A stretch of 64,000 nucleotides of DNA from the human T2T-CHM13v2.0 reference genome, Homo sapiens: assembly GCF_009914755.1 (NCBI RefSeq), contig NC_060927.1; one strand, 5' to 3'. Below, one piece after another: positions 53,931-64,000 of the stretch. Position numbers and translations under genes: made by a program. Position 1 is the stretch's first letter. Each line of letters opens with the position of its first letter. The notes under the pieces were generated by a model. The model was not told the origin of the DNA. It searched no databases and saw nothing but the letters and a program-made list of their open reading frames with translations.

Positions 53931-55991
53931 TGAGAAGTGATATTAAAAAATATTTTTTTAAATCCTTTGGTAGCTCATTACTGTGTTTACTATAAGGAAA
54001 CACATGAGTTTATAGTAAAAACATGAGTTTTATAGTAAACTCATGTTTTGTTGTTAAAGTCCATGGGAGAAACTTATTTGCCTAGTCTCAGATTCAGGAA
54101 AAATTATTATGCTTTTCCTGAACAATGGATTTAATTTACAGCATCTACTGTAAACCTTATTATCTGTTGGCTGCTGGAATGCTTAGATTCAATGTGGGGT
54201 CTCCCTTTACTGTGTGAGTAAGTTACAATAGAAGGTCTCATTTATTAAAAGCACGGTTTGATAGACATCCTGGTAAATATAAGAATTTTCTTGCTTGTTC
54301 TTGATGGCAGGGCTATGACATAAGTGCTCTTTAAAATCTCCATTTTATAGAGGAGAAAACTCAGGCTTAAACAGGTTAAGTAAACTTATTACAGAAGGAT
54401 AACAGAGCAAGAACTAAAACCTTGTTTTGTCTGACATCAAATGATCTTAACTACTCTGTAACACTTTCTCCCACAACTTACATTTTGGGTTCTAAACTCT
54501 CCCCTTTCTCTGTCTTGCTACTCTACCTTTATTCTCACTTAGTCTAATTTTCCTTGTTTGCTTTATATTTATTTTATCTTAATGTAGTTTCTATTTTCTC
54601 ATAAGTTGCTTTAAATTATATTTGGAAAAGGGAGAGTATAAATACATAAATGCAGATATTTCCAGGTATTTATTTAATTATGCACTGATTAGACTCAGAT
54701 AAAAATTTACAACTATTCTCTTATTTATTTTTCCTCTGCCCCAGAGTGCTATTATTAATACTTAGATGCCTTCAAAATCTTATCTAATTGAGACTCTGAA
54801 TAGTTTATTTCATTTTTTAAAATTCCAGGGCCCAGTTTTTCTTTTCTATTCTTTTCTTAAACACATAATTCCTGTCATTACCTCATCCCCTTTGAGATAT
54901 TGTGCCTAAAATCTCCTTCTTTCAAGTTTTCTTTAAGCCTGCATTCCTCACTGCCTTCAGTCATCCTGTATAAATTACTAGACACTTTTCTGAGCTATCG
55001 AGCCCGCCTTTACAGAAAAGTGGCCCAATAAATTGGAATTTAAAATATTGGCTGCTTAGCATTTCTTGGAGGTTCACTGCTGGATTGGGTATGTTTGTAG
55101 CAAATTGCTTAATTTCTCAGGGCCTCGACCTTGACTTCTAGGAAGTGATGATAGTGACATTTACCCTATTTTTGTCAGAGGAAAGTAGTAGTTAAAGATC
55201 AATGGGACTTTCTGAATGGGCAGGAAGAGGTGATGGGCACCCAGGGGAGTGGAGCTCAGTGCTGTCTCTGGAAGATCAAAGCCTTGGGCTTTCTCCTCAA
55301 GCCTCTTCTTCCTTCTGTTATTGCACAAACCTGGATAGAGGCCGTGGGCCAGAGAAGGAACAGTGGTGGAGACAGGGGGAGGGCAAGAAGCTAGTGCATG
55401 TGTGTTTTCAAGGAGAAAAGACTTTGGAATGGGAAGCATACAAATGTATCACCTTCTCGGCCATAGTTAGGAAGGATCTGAATGTTTACACCCTTCAGGA
55501 TGGTAATGATGCCTTCTGGATGCTTTTTCTCCACATTTCCAAGGTTGCAGAATTGCTTTTATGCCCTTACCTGTATCCCTCTCTTCTCTTCTTGCACCCT
55601 GGCACATTCCCCTCAGGGCTGGTAATGCTTGGAATTCTTCAATGTGGAGTCTTCAACTTCCTACAAAATCCACTCAGCAAATGTTTCCTGCAGCTCTTAC
55701 TTGTTCTATGTTCCTGCATTATAAAGTTACCCAAGGAATCTCAGTTAATTTTACTGTCACTTGGAATATTTTCCTGTTTTTTGTTTTGTTTTGTTTTGTT
55801 TTGTTTTGTTTTAAATTTGCTACCTCTCTAGGCATTTTTCTCCCACTTGGGAGAGCTTGATCAGCCCCCACTGCCAGTTCTTGCAGAAACCCTTCTCCTG
55901 GCCTTGTTTTGAACAAAGAAGCACAAACTCTTAGCAAAACTTCAGCACTTTGGGAAGTGCATGCAGAATGTGGAAGCTGGTGGAGAAGTCA

Positions 55992-56358
<367 letters not shown>

Positions 56359-57509
56359 TAGAAATAACTACACAGCCTGCTTTTCACAGTAACCCTGCCT
56401 GTTTCTGCTCCAGTCCACCTAGGACTTGTATTTCAAGTTTTGCATTAAACAACAGCACAGTTCTCTCTCGATGGCAACGGCTGCAGCCTAGTAGCCTGAC
56501 ATGAGTTTGGTTTACTTTGCTTTTGCTTTTGTTTTTATTTTGATAACTGCAGGCTTGCTGCCTCTGGAGCCATGATTTATGGGGCTATGTGGATTAGCAT
56601 CTTCCTCCTGATGGCAGTCTTGCCACCCTCCCTGCCCCCCTTAAGTGGCTTTGCCAGTTTCTCTGCTCCACATGGTGGGGGAACTGTTCCAGCTTCTCTT
56701 CCACATGGCGTGTCTGTGCCTGGCCCCCGATCCCTCCTCCAACTGCTTAGAACTACAATAATTACTGTATTTTCTTTCTCTTTAAATTCTCTATAAGAGC
56801 AGTTTTCAGGATTTACTAAAAAATACAGAAATAAACTGAAAAAGGGACTAGCCAGGGAGACAGGCAAGCACCAAGGTCATCAGAATGACTGAATTTGGCA
56901 GAACTTCCATGGCGAAAAATAAGTGGGTAAACAAAAGATGTTTTCTCTCTTCCTGTACCACAGGGCGGCGACTGGATCTCCTTCTCCCAGATACTTATTT
57001 TTTGTTTTCCTTTCATTTGAGTCAAGAGAGTGAGTACTTGAGAAGTTTGGTGTGCGCAGGTTTCCTGGTAGTTATGGTTTATCAGTCACGCATCCCATGG
57101 CTGGGTAAGGCGGGGATCCAGAGTCCAGAGCTGTAGGGAGAAACGAGCAGCTAGAAGTCAGGGCATCTGTTAACGGGAATCTAAACCAGATGCAACTTGG
57201 GGAGAAAGCAGCTAGTCATGGGCACTGGTGGCTTCCTATGGAGTTGTGACCTTCAGGGACTTTGAGAAAAATTGGGCCTTGAGCACGCTTGTCTGCTTGA
57301 GCAGTCAAGAGCTGAAGTTGAGGCTGATTTTATTTTTCAACTTATTGAGCCCCACAATATCAGAAGGTGACTTCTAGGGAGAGATTTCTGCTTCAGTGTT
57401 TGATATTGGGTGGGTGAGAGACAGTGTGGGGGGTGGGATGCGTACTTGGTTTGCTTATGTTGATTTCAATTCTGCTTCCATAGCTTCCAAGATTCTCATT
57501 ATGCCTTAC

Positions 57510-57846
<337 letters not shown>

Positions 57847-57879
57847 TGATCACCATCTCCCTTAACATCCTGAATTTCT

Positions 57880-57884
57880 TTTTA

Positions 57885-57915
<31 letters not shown>

Positions 57916-58640
57916 ACTTTAAATTTTAGGGTACATGTGCACAACGTGCAGGTTAGTTACATATGTATATATGTGCCATGCTGGTGTGCTGCACCCATTA
58001 ACTCGTCATTTAGCATTAGGTATATCTCCTAACGCTGTCCCTGCCCCCTCCCCCCACCCCACAACAGTCCCCAGATTGTGATGTTCCCCTTCCTGTGTCC
58101 ATGTGTTCTCATTGTTCAATTCCCACCTATGAGTGAGAACATGCGGTGTTTGGTTTTTTGTCCTTGCAATAGTTTACTGAGAATGATGATTTCCAATTTC
58201 ATCCATGTCCCTACAAAGGACATGAATTCATCATTTTTTATGGCTGCATAGTATTCCATGGTGTATATGTGCCACATTTTCTTAATCCAGTCTATCATTG
58301 TTGGACATTTGGGTTGGTTCCAAGTCTTTGCTATTGTGAATAGTGCCGCAATAAACATACGTGTGCATGTGTCTTTATAGCAGCATGATTTATAGCCCTT
58401 TGGGTATATACCCAGTAATGGGATGGCTGGATCAAATGGTATTTCTAGTTCTAGATCCCTGAGGAATCGCCACACTGACTTCCACAATGGTTGAACTAGT
58501 TTACAGTCCCACCAACAGTGTAAAAGTGTTCCTATTTCTCCACATCCTCTCTAGCACCTGTTGTTTCCTGACTTTTTAATAATTGCCATTCTAACTGGTG
58601 TGAGATGGTATCTCATTGTGGTTTTGATTTGCATTTCTCT
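57880..58640 (-). mobile_element. 5'-truncated young L1PA (ORF2 C-terminus and 3'UTR)
   Basis: WKSVWRFLRDLELEIPFDPAIPLLGIYPK...FSLIGGN; degenerate TSD acatcctgaatttct/acgtcctgcgtttct. Confidence 0.95.
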
Positions 58641-59591
58641 CACGTCCTGCGTTTCTAAGGTTATCTTTTAAGTGTGAAATGGAGACAGAGGGGAAGCATG
58701 ATCAAGACAGATAGGGTCAGAGGGAAGGACTAATCTTATTTATGAGATAGCTTACATTTACTATCTTGTCTTTGTCTTTCTTTCTGCCCATTTGGGTAGA
58801 GATCTCTGGGGTCCTGGGTACTTGAGGAGTGATTTAAAAGGATCTGGGTGGACACATCCCCACGGACCACAGACCCCTTGCCCCATGGAGAGTTGCATGG
58901 CTGAGGAGGGCCAGACAGAGTTTTCGAAAGCAATGCATCTCCAACTATATGTGGTCAAGGTCCATTTCTTTCACATTTATAATGGTATTAGAAATAACAT
59001 GTAATGTTGTGGACTGATAATTTTGTAAAATTAAAATCATATGCTTGAATGTTGTGACAATGTCAGGTTGTTATAAAAGTTTCTGAATACTTATGCTTAC
59101 TTTCTTATGTGTATTTCCCTTGTGGCAGATAGGTACCTAAAAATTCCTCAACTGGCACTGCTCTGTGGATCACACATTGAGGAGCTTTGCTATAAAGTGG
59201 GGATCTCAGTGCAGGAGGCCCTCTTGCCTGCCTTAAAGGTGGGTGCTGACACCTGTTATCCTAATAATAAATTCCTTTCTCATTCAAAAATGTATGGCTT
59301 CTGTTTTTCCAACCAAAAGAGTACAATAATGTGTGCGGAAGGTGGCCAGTTCTTTGCTGTATTTTATAGGGCTCATAAAAGTAATTCATCTTATCTTTTT
59401 ATATACATGATGCATTCCTAAAACTAAACTCTCATCAAATGATAGTTTTGCCTGTTATAATGAAATTTTTATCTCAGAGAGATAAAATCTAACATCCTTT
59501 ATTTCATCTCATGTTTTAGGCATAGTCTTCAACAAGGTATTTCCAGATACTATGTATATTTTTTAATTGTGTCCTTTTTAAAGAAAATTGT

Positions 59592-59916
<325 letters not shown>

Positions 59917-60146
59917 TCAATAAGCTGAAATTCTTCAGCATCTCATTAAAGGTAAAACTGTTTTTGAGATACTGAAAGGTTTTTACCTTTGTGTCATCTG
60001 TATTAATTTGTAATACTTATGCTACATAAAAGCAGTGCCAGCACTTTTATTTTTCTGAATGGGATCATTCATCTCCAAAATGTTTATTCATCAAACAGTA
60101 TGAGAGCATCCATATTTGGGCATACATATATACAAATATACAAACG

Positions 60147-60220
60147 TATCTATCTATCTATCTATCATCTATCTAGCTACCTTTCTATCTCTCTCTCTAC
60201 CTGTCTACCTGTCTAGCTAT
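60147..60220 (+). repeat. Degenerate (TCTA)n microsatellite
   Basis: tatctatctatctatctatc... Confidence 0.8.
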
Positions 60221-61149
60221 TTATGTATCAAACTAATGAATAAGTATTGTGGATATACAATGTTCAAAAGTCTGAGGCTGCTCAAAAACTGAATAAGTAA
60301 CATTTTATAATAGTGGCTAATTAGAAAAAAAATGAAATATTGCAAGTAAAATAAGATATCTTGAGAACTGTGCCATAGCATAGTTAAGAATATAGCAATG
60401 CATATCTACATAAATAGTTCAAAGCTTTTAATTCAATTATTTAAGTCTATTATTTTCTTAAAATAGTCATCCTAGAAGCACCTTCCACTTATGCTCTTCT
60501 CCTTTCCTGTTCCAATGTCATCTTCCCTCCTCCCCTCACTCTCCTTTTACCATACTTCCCTCAATTTCTTTATTCCTTCCACAATTATTTACTAACTGTC
60601 TATTTCTGGCTTTGCTCAGTGTTAAGTGTGGATATGGCAAAGTATTAGCAAATGGTCCTTGCCATTTGTAAAGTCATCAGGGAGACCATGTACATGCAGC
60701 TCTGTATGAGTTAAGCAGCTGCACATGAGTTAAAGAAACAGATCAGATATTTGTAGTAGAGATATCTAAGGGCAATGTACATAATAAGAGGCCCCAAAGA
60801 ATCATTCCCATTAAAGGCTATGAGCTCACCAGAGGGGAAGAAAAGGTTCTCTGAGGACTTGAGTAGACAGGGCAAGACTCTTTGAGAAAGTAAATCTTGA
60901 GCTGAGCCTACAAGGATTGCTAAGAGCTGGATGAGCAGAGAAGGCTGGGCAGGAAATTTAAGAGGATGATACTGGCCAAAGCAGGCTGGTGTTGCAGAGT
61001 TGGAGCATAGGAAAGTCTAGCTAGAGCAGAGAAAGACTCAAAAGACGAGGTGATGGATATGACTGAGGATCCAAATTGAGTTCTTGCTATGGGCCCATTA
61101 ATTACCAGTCTAATGATCTAGTCCCAAGAGGATTCTTAAACTATGGCTC

Positions 61150-61632
61150 CTTGTTAGGGGTTCTCCAGGGCCAAATCTGAGTGCCCTATCCATATCCCCT
61201 TGGCATTCATTTCTACACATGGATAGCTATTTATACCTATAAATTTTGCCTGTGGAATCTTCCCCCTACTAGATCCCTAGCCATAGGAGCATGCTTGGTT
61301 GGTACAAAGGACAGGCTAGAAGTGTCAGAGAGGTAAGCCCCTCAACCAATGTTGTATGGGGACTTGGTGGATACTTATTCCACCTTCATCTCTCAGTTGG
61401 GATAATACTATGGCTTGTTCTTCATTGTCTTCTGGAGTTACCCATCAGGAATGGGCTCCAGTTTCCCACAGTGGACACTGTGGTGGTAATGCACCATTTA
61501 TTGGCTCCCTTCCTTTCCCTATCTCACTTTCCTACTTTTTTACTGGTGTTTCTCGGTGTCACTTTCCGGATAAACTATTTGTGCTTGAATCCATGTCCCA
61601 GAGACTACTTCTGGGGAATCCAAACCAAGATA
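61150..61632 (+). mobile_element. ERVL LTR16-like solo LTR
   Basis: ataaactatttgtgcttgaatcc...cttctggggaatccaaaccaagata terminus. Confidence 0.7.
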
Positions 61633-61665
61633 CAAAGTTTCCTCCATTTCTGTATATCAATTCTA

Positions 61666-62500
<835 letters not shown>

Positions 62501-63169
62501 GTTTCAATGTACAACAGTCTTCGCTAAAAACGACATATTAATTGAGGTGATGGGCAAAAACAAATGTAAAACCAAAAATAAATATATATTTAATATATGA
62601 TATGCTTTTAAAAATATATTTTATTGAAAAAATAAATATTCCATAAGGGCAGGGAATGGTGTCTGCCTGGCCCATCATTGTACACTCAGCTGCTTGCACA
62701 GTGCTTGACACAGGCAAGGCAGTAAATATGGGTTGAGTGAATGCCATGTCTCACCAGTTCTTCCCTGAAGGGCTACTTTGGGTCCCTACTTGTCTATTAC
62801 TTCCGTGGTTCCCCTTGATGCTTACCTTGGGGTCTCAATTCATGTGACAATGAACTGGGAGCTGGTGGCATTTCTGTACTGAGGGAGTGTTCAGACCATA
62901 CTGTCTAAAAGAAGAGAGACTTTCTTTATTTTCCAGACTTCGGAGGTTCAAGTATGATTCTTATTTAGATAGAGAGGTCATTAGAAAGGTAGAAAAAGGG
63001 AATGAAGATGTTTATTTCCTAACAAATGCTATATATACCTTAACTGAAATACTGAACTTATCTAAGCTCATGTCACATTTTTCATGCCTTAAATAGAACA
63101 CACTTTCAAAGCTCTCCCAATGCAAAATAAGCTGACTGTTTGCTGGAATTTTGGAGGAATATTCTTCTA

Positions 63170-63620
63170 ATCCTGATTAATATTTAAAACTTTTCATTGA
63201 AGTAAAATACGTATATCAAAAGTCTATAGGTCAATGAATTTTCACAAACTGACCACACGTGTGCAGCCAATGCCTAAATCAAGAAGTAGATATTACCTTT
63301 ACCCCCAATGCCAACCTCAGGCTTCATTCCTGTCCCTACCTCCTCCTGAGGGGTAAGTGTGATTCTGGCTTTTATCAACATCACCAAGAGTTGCCAGTTT
63401 TGTCCTCAGAAAAGTTAAATAATGCAGCATGTACTCTGTCCTGTCTGGCTTCCTTCAGTCAACAGCATATTTATAAGATTCACCCATACTGTTGTACATA
63501 GTCTTCATTGCTGTATGGTATCCTGTTATTCAAATATATGACAATTTATTATACAGTTCTACTTTTTGTGGGCCTTTAGGAAGTCTTTGGTTTGGGGCTA
63601 TTGCAACTGGCTAGTACTGA
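63170..63620 (-). mobile_element. Old L1M 3' end
   Basis: tcaatgaattttcacaaactgaccacac...cattgctgtatggtat. Confidence 0.7.
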
Positions 63621-63768
63621 TTAAGTTTTTAAAAAGTAGTTCTTTGTTATGAAGCCAATATACATTCAACCAGTGATTTGGTCACCAGATTCTATTAACA
63701 GAGTTATGTTATTGTAAGTTATTCCTTTTTCAGTGCTTAGACTTTTTTCCTATTAGTAAAATAAATGC

Positions 63769-64000
63769 ACCAGGTATGGTAGCTCACACCTGTGGTTCCG
63801 GTGCTTTGCGAGGCTGAGGCGGGAGGATTGCCTGAGCCCAGAAGTTTGAGACCAGCCTGGGCAACATAGTGAGACCCTCATCTCTACAAAAAACTTAAAA
63901 AATTAGCTGGGCCTGGTGGCATGTACTTGTAGTCTTTACTACTCAGGAAGCTGAGGTGGGAGTATTGCTTGAGCACGGGAAGTTGAGGGTGCAGTGAGCC
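63769..64000 (+). mobile_element. AluJ, cut by the window end
   Basis: Consensus match. Confidence 0.9.

Noticed and set aside
55202-55831. 209-aa plus-strand ORF
   Set aside because: No recognisable domain; runs through a (TTTTG)n repeat; consistent with chance in 64 kb
58116-58487. 123-aa ORF (also 32181..32381)
   Set aside because: L1 ORF2 C-terminal fragments of truncated elements, not genes

Overview
Human genomic DNA: the EOMES (eomesodermin/TBR2) locus, known to lie at 3p24.1. An AluYb8 element supports human origin. The only protein-coding gene is EOMES on the minus strand, with six coding exons that splice on canonical GT-AG sites: 10382-9502, 8412-8258, 7568-7447, 6980-6822, 6735-6674 and 5895-5157 (2118 nt, 705 aa). 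An alternative exon-6 acceptor at 5838 gives 686 aa. The gene lies in a roughly 20-kb CpG-rich, nearly Alu-free regulatory domain. That domain has two TATA promoters, a uORF in the distal leader, a p53-like element, a strong CTCF motif and a motif-dense candidate mesendoderm enhancer just 3' of the gene. The remaining ~43 kb is upstream gene desert filled with Alu, L1, L2, MIR, MaLR/ERVL LTR and DNA-transposon relics. I see no convincing wholly new biological system. The best leads are regulatory (dual promoter, uORF and truncated isoform; 3' enhancer; 3'UTR elements; terminator G4) or mutational (L1 micro-transduction, template-switch scars).
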